Shown here piece after piece: positions 39,620 through 53,249 of a stretch of 64,000 nt of DNA. The translations under genes and the position numbers were made by a program. The DNA is from Eledone cirrhosa (Eukaryota). How positions within the stretch are numbered: position 1 is the first letter of the stretch; every line of letters starts with the position of its first letter. The stretch lies in NCBI GenBank assembly GCA_964016885.1, contig OZ024741.1, positions 106,950,001-107,014,000 on the forward strand. Reading direction: 5' to 3'. The notes beneath the pieces are model-generated. The model was given only the letters and a program-made list of their open reading frames with translations. It made no database searches and was not told where the DNA came from.

Positions 39620-39678
39620 GCTGTTATATATATTTCGGTGATAACTGTTATGCAACAGTTATGACCTTATCAGACAGC
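39620..39678 (-). ncRNA. Hammerhead ribozyme paralog of 15898-15952 with G8A core change (probably inactive)
   Basis: Minus strand: gctgt-CTGATAA-ggtcataactgtt(gcat)aacagttatcacc-GAAA-tatata-TA-acagc. Stems I and II covary relative to the 15898 copy. Confidence 0.7.
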
Positions 39679-39974
39679 TAGAATTTGAACAGAAAAAACA
39701 GAAAAACATGAAGAAATAAAAATTACTTCTTTTGTTTCGATTCGAAGAGAGACGGTTTTACATATTCCACTTCAGTTTATTGTCTTACATCACACTCTTC
39801 ATGTTCATTTCTAAAGCATTAAAATGTCCTTTGTTCTTATGTAATAGTTATTTTATGCATTGCCGTGAAACTGGTGCGGAAAATTAAAATAATATTCTTG
39901 CTTTTGGTTTTTGATATGCCCGCTGAAACCCGAATGAACAACAGCGTAAGCACTCCACATCAACGAATTAAAGT

Positions 39975-40322
39975 TCCATTGAAAAGAAGGTGAAGGTGGA
40001 TAGGAAGTTACTGCCCCCTAGTACATTTGTTAAAAGTTGAGTGAACGTAGCGAAGATGGCTCGATTAAATGGGTCTACTCTGAGCATGCGCCTGAAGGCT
40101 GGAGAGTATAGAGAGGAGAGGAGCACCTTCCGATCGTGCACTTGGAGATTAGGGTAGTTTAGTATCTGTGGGGTTCCTAAAATACCCATGGGTAGTACTT
40201 CCTTCTATTGGGGAATTTTATTGTCATTAATTCATTATTAATTGTTACACCACTGCAAATCCCACTGTCCCTGGTTTTGTAGTGTACTTTATATTTTGGC
40301 CCTAGTGGAATATAAAGAAATA
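39975..40322 (+). mobile_element. Tx1 3'-end fragment
   Basis: Similar to 12650-13035 (aatgggtctactctgagc, tattggggaattt, ataaagaaa). Confidence 0.8.
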
Positions 40323-40347
40323 ATTATCAACATCATCATTGTTTATA

Positions 40348-40393
<46 letters not shown>

Positions 40394-40412
40394 GCTGCTG
40401 CTTCTGCTGCTG

Positions 40413-40472
<60 letters not shown>

Positions 40473-40479
40473 TTATTAA

Positions 40480-40900
40480 TGGGGTGGATTGACAGTATCG
40501 GTAGAGGGTCGGACGCCATGCTTTGCCGCATAGAGTTACGGCCCTTTATGATCTGAGTTCAAATCCTGCCGAGGTTAACTTTGCCTTTCATCCTTACGAG
40601 GTCGATAAAATAAAGTACCAGTCACGCACTGGGGTCGATTTAATCGACTTTCCCTTCCCCCAAAATTGCTGGCTTTGTGCCTATATAAGAAACCATTATT
40701 ATTGTTGTTGTTTTGGCAGTATGGGTAGAGAGTCGGACGCCATGCTTTGACGCATAGAGTTACGACCCTTGCCATTCTGAGTTCAAATCCCGCCGAGGTC
40801 AACTTTGCCTTTCATCCTTACGGGGTCGATAAAATAAAGTACCAGTAATGTACTGGGTAATTGCTGGCCTTGTGCCAAAAGTAGAAACAATTATTATTGT
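40480..40900 (+). mobile_element. Tandem dimer of SINE family A
   Basis: Two consecutive copies. Confidence 0.9.
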
Positions 40901-42180
40901 TATTGTTGTTGTTGTTGTTATCGTTGTTGTTGTTTTTGTTGTTATTATTTTTATTCTTACTGTTACTTTTCTAGAATATAACATATGTTGCTAATTCAAC
41001 ATCTGCCTTCAATAAATGAATGAAATAGTTAATAATATAATGTATTTTAATTAACATATATGCTGTATGGTATTTCAACTAATTGTTCTTGAACACTAAT
41101 TATCATATATACACTACCACATTGATTTTTTTATTGATTATGTCTTGAGGAAAGGGCTGTGTTAGCTAATTTCGATGACTCCCTGAGATCAACAAATGTC
41201 ATCCCTTCCTTTCCATATTTATAATGAAAGACACTGGCTATCATTTGCAAATAATTTTGGAGCGATTTTGTTATATAACTTACTCGTAAGTAAGCGTGTG
41301 ATTGGAAAATAACTTAATCAATGTTCTTATATAAAGATATGATGGAAAGTTTAGATAAATATTAACATTTTATTTGGAACATAAGTTAACAAATTTTCTT
41401 GTATAAAATTATAATTGAAAGTGTAGATAAGTATACACACTTTATGACCAACAAGGGAAGCTTAAGGTGGTTGGATATAAAAGGGTGAATGGACGTTTTG
41501 AACAGTTATGAGTTGATGGCTGCAGAAAACCTTGATAAAAGAAGGAATTTCTTAGAGCCAATATTACTGGGAGGAAGACCTGAGTGTAGGGGTTAGCTTG
41601 GGTACTTTAATGAGATATTGTTACCAATTGTTACATTTGTTGGTGTGGCTAATTCTCGTTTAAAGAGATGTGCTACTTATGTTGTTAGTTTAGTTTAATT
41701 AAGCCGGCATACTGCCTGGTTCAATGCAACAAAGTCTCTTTTTCATAATTTTTTTTCATGTCTATCTTTGCCATCTATATAGTTCCTGGATAGATTCCAG
41801 ACCAGTTTCCTGTATCAGGCTGTCACTGTATGTGTCATGGCATCCACAACACTTCTCTGTCCATCATTGCCAACGTCAGTTCGGGGATAGATTTCAGGCC
41901 AGTGTCCTGCTGCAGGTTATTAATATATGTGACATGACGTCCTCCCTGCTTTCCTACCCCACGCCATAGATTCTATGAGACTAATTTTGACCTTTTCGTT
42001 TCTGGATGTCAAGATAAACAGAGTTGTAGTTATGGGTAAACACGTAAGCTTCACAAATGCTTTCACTTTTTGTTTATGTTGTTTCTTAAGTTCAATTTTT
42101 ACTTTTCATATAGTTTTATTTCTGTCGCCAGCACGCGTATGTCTGTGTGTATCAGTGCGTGTGTGTGTAGGCGTATAAAC

Positions 42181-42222
<42 letters not shown>

Positions 42223-42544
42223 GCGGGCGTGTGTGTATGTATGAAGATATGTCTCTGCATACGTGTGTATAGATGTGTGTAGTGTGTGCATGTATGTGTA
42301 ACTACTACTTATTTTCTTACAGGATATTAAAATTCGACATATTTCTTTGATGTTCGTATTAATAATTTATCATAATAAATATTTCTACAGGAGGGTCACA
42401 GTTGGTGATTTTATTTTGAAGTGTACAAAAAAATCAGTTTTGATGTCATGAACAGAATTCATATTTGGGGTTGATGAATACTGGTTTGTTTGTGTGGTTG
42501 ATATATATATATATGTCACAATAATGGGTACGTATTTGTATGTA

Positions 42545-44280
42545 TGTCATAATAATATTTGGCAGGTCAAGAGATAAGATTTCGTTAAATGTTTAACATC
42601 GGCCTCAAATTAGCTGTGATTTATTGCACCCACACATAAAAAAATAACAAAAAGAAAAAGGGATACTGGTTGAGGAGTTGTTTGTAAGCTCTATTATAGT
42701 GTAAATTTAAAGAAACATGTAGAAAGTATGCTGTGTAGGTTATTATATAGTTCTATATGTTGCATGTCTATGCCGTGTAGATATAATGGGAGCTTGACTG
42801 AGAACCATGTCTGTAATAGTTTATGATAGTAAATTTGTCATTGAATCTTCGACCATTGAGGCGGTTTATGTCACTGTTATGTTGTTTCAGATGTTTCGGG
42901 TTTTAACTTCTATAGCTCGAATTTTGTAGTTCGTCCAATCGAGTATTCCAAAGGTTGGTGTTAGGACAAGCACGGCAAACACATTGTGAGCCACTGTTTT
43001 ATTGAGCGCAGAGATTCCGATGACCATATTAGTCTTAATCGGGTGTAATATTCCCTAGTTTCGTGTTCCTTATTACATATACCATCATATGATATATTCT
43101 CATCTATCCCAAGGTATCTGTAGCAGTCCTCGTCAGCTATCAGCGAGACAGTTAGGCCATTGATAAGTATGTTGCTAGATTGGATTGTAGTTTTTCCCCG
43201 CTTAAGTCATACATGAACATTTATCCTGGTCAAACTCCAATTCTGTATCCTTTGAGAACGTCGTAATCAGGTAAATATTTTTCTTTAGCCCATTTATGTT
43301 CTTGGCATAGAGTTTCAGGTCATCCACAAAGAAATTATGAGTTAGATATTTCTATTCTCTTGTGAGCCAATTATGTATACTTCAGATTTCCTGAGCAGAA
43401 AGGACAAGGGGTTTAATGACAGAATAAAAGTAGCACAGAGAGACTGTCTGCTTGAAATATAGCCCTGTGATATTTTATTTTATCAGTGCAAATAGAGTCC
43501 TCCCCTGTTTTAAGTTTAGGATAGTTGTCCAAGAAGAAGATACGTTCTCTATGCTTCTGATAATAGTGGCTGTGACTTTACCAAGATTGGGGAACAGAAT
43601 CAAATGCTTTCCTGTAGTCCAGCCAGACTGTAACCATATTCCTCCTAAGTTGTCGCACCCCTGACATCGTGGTTTTGTTAATTAGGAGTTGTTCAGCACA
43701 TTCCCAAACACCTTTCATCCTAGCTGCTTGCTCATCTGTGATGATGTTATTACTATCTAAGTGATCTTGGAGAAATAGGTTGATAAGATACATCCGATAG
43801 GTCAGTTTTTTGTACCAGTAGCCGACAATCATGTCTCTTCCTGGTGTTTTCTTATCTTGGAGTTTTCTTATCACAGATTCAATTTATTTCGTATGTTTTG
43901 TTGTAGTGTAGGAGCAATAGTTCTGGATTTCCTTTAGCCATACTGCATCTTGGTTGAATTTCTTCTTTTCACCCCATATTTCTTTCCAGAAGGAATCAAT
44001 GTCTTTCTCGGATGGGGCCTCAGTGATATTTATTACTTTGACCTTCATATCTTTATAGACTGATGTTTGATTTCGTCTGAATCTTTTATTAATTATCCTT
44101 CTTTCAGCTACCCTCTTCTGGTTTCGAAATTTCTCGCTGACAGCCCTCAATTCTTATTTGAGGGTGATCAGCAGATGATTGATTCGAGGCCATTATGGAT
44201 GAGCTAAACCTGACACTAGTATCGATCTGTTCATCAGATGGATGTGATAACTCATGGTTATTACACATCCATAAAGCCAT
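42545..44280 (-). mobile_element. Heavily decayed R4/Dong-clade element
   Basis: DSFWKEIWGEKK, KTPGRDMIVGYWYKK, VWLDYRKAFDSVP and an FFVDDLKL-like segment at 43310-43340. Boundaries are approximate. Confidence 0.8.
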
Positions 44281-44444
44281 CTGTGACACACATGTAACAT
44301 TTGATATGCAATAAAAAATATTTTAAAGTGAAACCTCCTTTCTTCCTACGTAATATATTCATTCTGCTATAGCATCGAATGCTCATATTGGTACCACCTC
44401 CAGTAATCAACAAAATTACTGAACAACCTAAACACACACACACA

Positions 44445-44545
<101 letters not shown>

Positions 44546-44934
44546 ACAAACAACACACACACACACACACACACACACTCGCCCTTTCGACGGAACATAC
44601 ATCATGTAACAAAGGGATGTATGAATATCCGGATCACTAACTCCTAATGTAGTCGTAGGGGTGCCACTGTGAAATATTTGGGCATTTAAAAAACTCTCTT
44701 AGTCCAACAAGGGATGGAGACATGCTTTAGCAATGAGATAGTAGCTTCTTTATAGTCCCCTACAGGATGAAAATCAAAGTAACCTAGGTGGGATCTGAAG
44801 TTACAATGCCGGAACAATATCACAAAACCCTAACGACTCCCAAATCGACCACCACCTCCACTACAACCACGACGACGACGACGACCACCAGCTCAACCAC
44901 CACGACTACTACTACTACAACTACAACTACTACT

Positions 44935-44978
<44 letters not shown>

Positions 44979-45006
44979 CACCACCACCACCACCACCACC
45001 ACCACC

Positions 45007-45078
<72 letters not shown>

Positions 45079-45353
45079 GCTGCTGTTGCTGCTGTTGTTG
45101 TTGTTCCTGCTGCTACTACTGCTGCTGCTGCCACCGCAAGCAAGTCCAGTCCATGGTCTGATGACTTCCCTTTGTTTAGGTTTGTATACTTGTGTTCCGT
45201 TGTATCTATTCTATTCATATAATTACATTACTACAGATCTATTACACCGCCAATACACCTGTCGTCACTTATATTTTTCTTCTTTCCCCACTCCCTCTTT
45301 TCCTCTATACCTGCGTAATTGTCTATGAATATATATACATGCATAACTACACA

Positions 45354-45410
<57 letters not shown>

Positions 45411-45714
45411 ACACATATATATATATATATATGTATACACACGTGTGTGTGTGTGTTATTTTATGTAAAACGACATGGTAAACTAGCATACAACTTCCTA
45501 TGGACTCAGAGTTTCCCGACGCAAGCTGGCGTTATTGCCGCTTCGTCCGTTAGTGAACATGATACGTTTTACATAAAATACTATATTGTATTTACCTCTA
45601 TATCTACATATTGAAGGCTTTATCATTAATGATTAAAATTCCACATTCAGGCAAACCACCTTTAAACGTGCTCATAATCTCCGCGACGTCCTTGTACGCA
45701 GTTCATTCCCTTCC

Positions 45715-46100
45715 TCTCCCAGGACCCCACCCGGCTCCTGTCCCTGTTCTCGTCCCCTCTGTAACACATGTCCCTTCATTTCTAACCTCCTCACTCTCAT
45801 AGGCCCTAACGGTATATTCCATATCCACTACTCCTCCATCTTCACATCCAACCACGTATTGAATGCCCTCCAGTATTCCATTTGCGGGTCCATACACATC
45901 GGAGAAGCAGACCCCCGTCTGGTGGATCGTTTCCCTGTACACTTGAGGGACATATGCCTCGGCTTTAATACACCTGTCGCTCACCATTTCTATTCCTCAG
46001 GCCACTCCTCCCTACATGCCTCAGTCGTTGGTATCCTTTTATATCATAGGTAACTGGACTCGCGCACCAGGGCTGAGCAGAGTCTGATTTTCCACCTTGG
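45715..46100 (+). pseudogene. Penelope-like GIY-YIG endonuclease remnant
   Basis: PCSRPLCNTCPFI ... CGSIHIGEADPRLVDRFPVHLRDI ... VAHHF. Confidence 0.75.
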
Positions 46101-46249
46101 GTTCAGTTTTCTTTTGCCATTGTAAATAAAGACCGCTTGTCGTTGCTGGGCACCCCTTCTTCGCCACTGTCATTAATGACCCCCTCCCTTCTCAACAAGA
46201 CCGTCTTTAAATAGCCCCAGAACTCTTCTATTGTAGGGGAAAGCAAGAT

Positions 46250-46385
46250 TTAAGCTATATGTTGACGTGCGCCGGGAGCTAAATAACGTATATATCAAAT
46301 TTCAACAAAATCGGATGGAAACTGTAGAAATGCATAGACTGCATACAGAAAGACAGACATTTTCGTTTTTATATATACATAGATA
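46250..46385 (-). mobile_element. Possible non-autonomous Helitron-like terminus
   Basis: caaatttcaacaaaatcgg...acagaaagacagaca...tttttatatatacatagat is a terminal pattern I recall from invertebrate Helitron derivatives. Confidence 0.4.
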
Positions 46386-46389
46386 TATA

Positions 46390-46575
46390 CAGTAAAATTC
46401 CGTTATAACGAAATTCACGGGTTATAAAAAAATTTGTTGGAACGAAAAATTCTTTATAACGAAATTGACCGAAACAAATCCAGCGTTTGTTTGTTATTAC
46501 CTCGGGGATGGAAAATACTTTCGTTATACTGAAAAATTCGTTATAATGGTATTCGTTATAACGGAATTTTACCTG
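46390..46575. mobile_element. MITE (pogo/Tigger-like) with TA target duplication
   Basis: TIRs cagtaaaattccgttataacgaa / ttcgttataacggaattttacctg, internal cgttataacg subrepeats, TA on both sides. Confidence 0.8.
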
Positions 46576-46859
46576 TATATATATAGTGTAATATTTACCT
46601 GTATATATAGTGTAAACAAAATATTTTTGTCCACATGCCTGAATACAAGGCCAGTTTAAAATTGCCTCTCCATTCTACAGTGGTGGCCACGATGGACCTC
46701 GAAACCATTGGTAGCACATACATGTTAATGAAACTTAAATAAGCTCTCTTCCAACAAATCGAGCACTGTTTCCCTTGATCTTTTATCTACGGGTTTCTCT
46801 CTCTCTCCCTGTCTCTCTCCCTGTCTCTCTCTCCCACGTTCTCTCAGCAGCCGAGATGC

Positions 46860-49030
46860 TGACTTTGAGTCCCAGGCCCTTTCCCTAGTCAGCCATTTCA
46901 TCCACAGAGGTCCCCCCCCCTCTCGTCCACACTGCCCTCACTCGCGCCCGTGCTGTCCACCGCTCCACCACCTTCACCTCACGCCACCGCACACCCACCC
47001 ACCGTCTCCCCTTTCCCATCACCTACCACCCCTCCACCGCACCATCCTCCACCACTTCCGACGCCTCCAGTCCGACCCCTCTACCTCCCACATCTTCCCC
47101 TCCCCACCCCTCCCCTGCTTCAAACGCGCACGCCATCTCCGCACCCTCCTCGTCCGCAGCTCCCTTACCCCCAACCCACGCTCTTCTCCCCCCGATTCCC
47201 TTCCCTGCTCCAGGCCTCGTTGCCACACCTGCCCCCACATCACCAACACCACAACCTTCCAGGGTCCCAACGGCCACTCTCTCTCTGTCCGGCAACGCCT
47301 TCCGCTGCACCTCCTCCAACCTAGTCTATGGACTTCGCTGCACGGAGTGCAGCGCAACCTACGTCGGACAGACTGGACGTCGCCTGGCGGACCGTTTCAC
47401 TGAACACCTCCGGGATATTCGTCTCGGCGGGAGTTCCTCCATCGCCCGCCACCTCACAGTCTGTGGCCTACTCCAATGCCACGGAACACCCGCCACCCGC
47501 CCCACGGTCGAACAACGCACCATCTTCACCCTACAGACCCACACTCCCCCCGGCCTGAACTCCCCACCCTTATTCCTTTAGCCTTCGACGGCCCTGTTCC
47601 CCCCCCACATATCCCCCACTAACACACTCCTCCTTTTCACCGCCCACCCCACAACTAACAATACTAATATCTCCACCCTCCCTCTATCGCGCACACACCC
47701 ACCGGTACATATATACACGCACTCACACTATCCACACACCCTACTACCACCATAACCCTCACCCACACATCCACTCCAACCACCCCATCCCCCCGACTCC
47801 ACGCACAAGAACACACACCTTCCCACACGCACCCACACCTACATACACCACCCACTCTACACACCCAACCACCACTAACCCCCACTAACACACCCGCATT
47901 CAACCCTTTCCCCACCACCAGTATACTAATAACCACTAACACCTCCTTTACCACACCACTCATCCAAACACGTACACACACACCAGTACACTACACTCCC
48001 TCCACCTACCCCCACACCTTTTCTCTCCCTCTCCCTCCCCGCTCCACCCACACCCCTTCACACACACATATATCCCACCAACACCTCTACTAATACACAC
48101 CCCATCCCCCACATGACCCCCTCCTCACTCCACCTTTCACTCCTACCCATCCTCTCTCCTGTCCACCGCACCTCCGCACACACAGACACACAGTCCTCAC
48201 CACACACTGACTTTCTCCACCTGTCATCCTCCTCTACTGCTATGCCTTCATCCTGCCTTGACCCTCTGACCACTTCCTGCTGCGCACGCACTCCACATCT
48301 CCCCACTTCCGACCACCACAACCAACGGATTACACACCACCGGTCATCGTTCCACCTATCCACTCCATAACATAAAAAATATCCGACAACTCATCGTACA
48401 CTCCACGAAACTACCTTAGGAACTTACCCACGGACATACACCCACAATTTTTTTTCGAACCACGCCACCTACATCCACACCACGTATAAACACCAATACA
48501 CACGTGCGTACCCCCACATATACACACTCAGCCTCCGGAATCCTCACAGCCCTCTGACCCCTCCCAATCCACACGCACACATACACCGACCTACACCCCA
48601 CTCCACGCACACATCTTTTCCTGAACATGGAACCTCGTTCTTTCCCCAACTCTCACCCCCCCCCCCCCCCACATACACACATACACCTACACACATACAC
48701 AAACACCACCTTCAGCCCTCCCCGCTCGGACCCCCCCTCCATCGCTCTACTCCACCCGCCACCTTCCCTACACGCCCCACACCCTTCCACCACTTGTTTA
48801 TCTTTATGTTTATTTTTATTTTTATTTGTACCCCTTCCACCGTTTTTCCTCCCTTTTCTCTCCTCCCCTTTTTTTCTAAATGTCTCTCCACCACTCCCCA
48901 CACACCCTTGGAACTCTCTTCTCACCCACTTTTCTCCCGAAGAAGAGCTTATGCCCGAAACGCCCCCCCCCTACACACTCTCAAGAGCGTGAAACTTATA
49001 AACCTTTGTTTGTACTGCCTCTCTGATTTT
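46860..49030 (+). mobile_element. Penelope-like element remnant with GIY-YIG domain, C/A-rich 3' region and decayed hammerhead at 48937-48962
   Basis: PCSRPRCHTCPHI; SSNLVYGLRCTECSATYVGQTGRRLADRFTEHLRDI; LQTHTPPGLN, stop ~47581; terminal ccgaagaagagcttatgcccgaaacg. Confidence 0.85.
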
Positions 49031-49115
49031 CTTCCCGTTCCAGTTTTCACTATATATATATATATATATATAAATCAAAAATGGCGAGCTGTGTTGTTGC
49101 AATTAAGTATAATAA

Positions 49116-49665
49116 ATGAAGAATTAGAAAAAGAAGTTAGGAATATCCGGCATCAGTGGTCTACTAGCCATCATAGGTATTTCTTCGCATTACAGACAAT
49201 ATACCTCAAGCTAGGGCGATACAATAACTAAAATAAGTTATTGGGATAAAAAGAGTTGGGAGGAGAAAGAGAGCCATGTAAACAAGCACGAATGGTGAGG
49301 CAACGTAAAGAGAAGAAAAAATGGAAAAATCAAGTCAATAATTCATTTCGAACATAAGAACGGGCGAATATTGACGAGAAAGTAAAAACACATCTTAGCC
49401 GCACGGATGTGAGCGAGGAAAAGGATCTCGTACGGTGTGACACGATGGAGGAAGTGAGAGAGAGGGTGAGTAGCACCTTCTCTCTCACTTCCTCCATCGT
49501 CCCATGTCTTTCTTTCTCCACCCAACTCTTTTTATCCCAATAACTTATTTTAGTTATTGTATCGCCCTAGCTGGAGGTATATTGTCTGTAATGCGAAGAA
49601 ATACCTATGATGGCTAGTAGACAACTGATGACAGATATTCCTAACTTCTATTTCTAATTCTTCAT
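49116..49665. repeat. Inverted repeat (~155-bp arms) with internal hairpin at ~49442-49500
   Basis: 49116-49270 is the reverse complement of 49507-49665. Confidence 0.9.
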
Positions 49666-49774
49666 ATATTGTATATATATATATATATATATATATAAAC
49701 TCAGATTACATTTATTATATATATATATATTTATATATATATAATAAATGTAATCTGAGTTTTTCGAATAGCAA

Positions 49775-49957
49775 TAATTGTTTCTACTTTTGGCACAAGG
49801 CCAGCAAATTACCCAGTGTATTACTGGTACTTTATTTTATCGACCCCGTAAGGATGAAAGGCAAAGTTAACCTCGGTGGGATTTGAACTCAGAATGGCAA
49901 GGGTCGTAACTCTATGCGTCAAAGCATGGCGTCCGACCCTCTACCGATACTGCCAAT
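49775..49957 (-). mobile_element. SINE family A
   Basis: Reverse complement of the consensus. Confidence 0.85.
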
Positions 49958-51996
49958 TTATTAATAATAACATTCGATTCGTTTGCAATTATGCAAACAA
50001 GCCTCAATTTTATAGCCATGTCAGTAGAATGAACACTTCATTCTTGCTCTTCTGTTGGCATGCGAACAGAACTGCAGACACTAATGTTTCTGAGTATCAC
50101 CCTTCATGCAGTTCTGTTCACAAGCCAACACAAGAGCAAGAATGAAGTGTTCATTCTACTGACATAGCTATAAAATTGAGGCTTGTTTGCATAATTGCAA
50201 ACGAATCGAATGTTATTATTAATATTCGAAAAACTCAGATTACATTTATTGTATTCAGCCATGTAGAGCGAAATTTTCTTTTTTATTTGAATTTGGCAAA
50301 GCCGGCCATTTATCGCTCGTATACAGGAAACTGACTGGCCAGTCTGCTGATATGCAAATCTGGCTGATCAGTGGATCTGCTAATATGCAGATCTGACTAA
50401 TCAGCCAGTCTGCTAATATGCAAATCAGGCCGATCAGTTGAAAATAGCATATATTTTAACTAGCTCTGACAGTTTGGCAGGTGAACAGTGAGTTGTACTG
50501 ATGAAGGGTGTACCCAGTGTGTGCAGTTCTGTTCGCAAGCCAACACAAGAGCAAGAATGAAGTGTTCATTCTACTGACATGGCTATAAAATTGAGGCTTG
50601 TTTGCATAATTGCAAACGAATCGAATGTTATTATTAATATTTGAAAACCTCAGATTACACTTATTGTATTCAGCCATGTAGAGCGAAATTTTATATATAA
50701 TATATATATATAATAGAAAATTTCGCTCTACATGGCTGAATACAATAAATGTAATTTGAAGTGAAAAGTATATATATATTATATATATATACTTTTCACT
50801 TTATCTTTATCGTTCCTTATTCATTATTCATTTGTTTGTCAATGTTCTTTCGTCACAGATTCTGTAACCTTCTCAATGTTTATCTGTTTTATGCCACTTA
50901 TTTTTTCTCGTCTTAATTTTCTACTCCATCTTGACTTTGTTTTATGCCTCCACAAAACAAGCAAAGGCAAGAAGTAGTAGAAGTTTAATATATAACCAGA
51001 ATGAAATTATTAGAGAGGGTAGCAACGCAATCATAATCTTCAAGGAAGGTTATTGTAACTTACAGATGTTGGGAGAGGAGGGACTAAATAATGTGTCTAA
51101 ATTAATTGTTACGATGAGCTACTTTATCGAAGGAATGAAAATATAATTTGATTGGGATTCAAACTAGTGATATAAAGAATGGAATAAATGTAGTCTGAGA
51201 CCAACAATTTTAAAGGGAAGATTTTAGAAATCACGTAGAAGTATGGCATTAAATTGAATTTGTTCAAAGACAACTATTACTGCCTTAACCCTTTACCATT
51301 TAAACCGGCCGTATCCGGCCAGAATTCTGACCCCTTTTCCTGTTCAAACTGGCTGTAAGCAGCCACTCATACCAAAGTTAAGGTATTGTTCTCAAAATAA
51401 ATAATATCAAAATCTCATAGATTTGATATTATGTGAGATAATTATGTGAGGTGAAGCCTTTACTGCGAAAATACAATATGGTGTCAGAAAGCTAAGGTAC
51501 ATCATTCTTACTTCAGATAAAAAAAAACAGCAACATACATTTAAACATAAATAAATAGAACTCACTTACATCTACTATCCAATATCCACTCCCCTCCCAT
51601 AAATACTACACGTGGAATTAATTGTTGATCGAATTACACGAGTTTATTAGAATCGCAATGTAAATGTGTTATAAGTTTGTTTCATGACTGCATACAGTGT
51701 GCTGTTTATATTAATATTCATTGCCTATTTTATATAACTATATTGATTTCTTCCATATTATCAACAATTAACATTTACATTAGAAAAGAGGACACCACAT
51801 CCTGTTGGCCTTTATGATGTCCCTTTTATCAAATGGAGCAGCGATTTGTTAATGATGAGGAGTTACTTGGGATAAGAAACATAGATGTAATATATATATA
51901 TATATATAAATTCAGCGAGAATCGCATTTCGGCGAGAAGAAAAAGCGAAACGAATGAAACAGTTCTAGTCCTGTAGAAGCTTTTCTATATTATACG

Positions 51997-52028
<32 letters not shown>

Positions 52029-52493
52029 TATACTGTATATATATATGTATATATATACAGTATATATATATGTATATATATACAATATATAAGAAAATGA
52101 GTTTTTTTTTTAATGAAAAAAAAAAAAACGAGATGAAAGTGTAAAAAGAAATCGAAACTGCAACTGGAGTCTTTTTAAGAATATTTATTTGTTTCCTTTA
52201 CCTGTTTCACAGTTCTCATGCTTTTCAAAAGTAGAATTGAGATAAAGTGTTTCCATCTCAATTCTACTTTTGAAAAGCATAAGAACTGTGAAACCCGTAA
52301 AGGAAACAAATAAATATTCTTAAAAAGACTCCATTTGCATTTTCCATTTTTATTCCTTACATATATGCAGTGAAACTCCAGGATAAAAAGACTCAAATGA
52401 ATATTTACGTTCTACTTCGGTATTGAGGTCAATATGTTTTCAGTTGCATCTCATGGGTTAATGGAAAATGTTCTGTTATTTGTAACTAGCAAG

Positions 52494-52702
52494 GGCGGTG
52501 GATTGGCAGTATCCGTAGATAGTCGGACACCATGCTTTGCATGGTCATTTACGGTCTGAGTTCAAATCCCGTCGAGGTTAACTTTGCTTTTCATCCTTAC
52601 GGTGTCGATAAAATAAAGCGCCAGTAACGTACTGGGGTTGATTTAATCGACTTTCCTCTGCCCCCAAATTACTGGCCTTGTGCCTATACTAGAAATCATT
52701 AT
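52494..52702 (+). mobile_element. SINE family A
   Basis: Full-length copy. Confidence 0.85.
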
Positions 52703-53094
52703 TTGTAATTAGTCGTTAAGACCATCGTCTTGTCCTTTGTCCATTTGTTACTGTCCCTTGAGCCAGTTGTATCGCTCTTAAAATACTGAAGCAACGTATG
52801 TCTAGCTGTCGACTGGTGGTATGCGACTGTCTGTATTTGTTCATTTTACTGTCTTCACTCATATCTTTTAGTTATTCGTATGCTTTTAGTCATGCGGGAC
52901 TCTTTTTCCAAATAAGTATATATAGTGAGACCATTACTCAACAGAGTACTCAATTCTTGGGGTAGTAAAGTGTGGTTAAATTATAAAGAATCGAGACCTA
53001 ACGGCTAAGCTCTTGCCGTATCAACAGATAGTTCTAGACTAGTTCTGGAACTAGCTGTTGAAACAGGAAGAGCTAAGCTGTCGGGTCCCCACAC

Positions 53095-53149
<55 letters not shown>

Positions 53150-53171
53150 GTATAAAAATCAATACAAAATA

Positions 53172-53249
53172 ATTACCTCATTACCAGAGGTTTCCCGAAT
53201 AAGACGAATACGAAAGAGACGTCTTCATTCGTTCGTCGGACGAGGCAAT
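53172..53249 (-). ncRNA. Type I hammerhead ribozyme (U4C variant), left arm of palindrome
   Basis: Reverse complement of 53768-53845. Confidence 0.7.

Noticed and set aside
49578-49640. Type II hammerhead (GAAA...CTGATGA)
   Set aside because: The stems do not abut the core, and the inverted copy lacks A9.
50838-50882. Minus-strand TTGAGAA-stem-GAAA motif
   Set aside because: Stem II is good, but no cleavage triplet or stem I partner follows.
51285-51420. piggyBac-like MITE starting TTAACCCTT
   Set aside because: I found no matching right TIR with TTAA.
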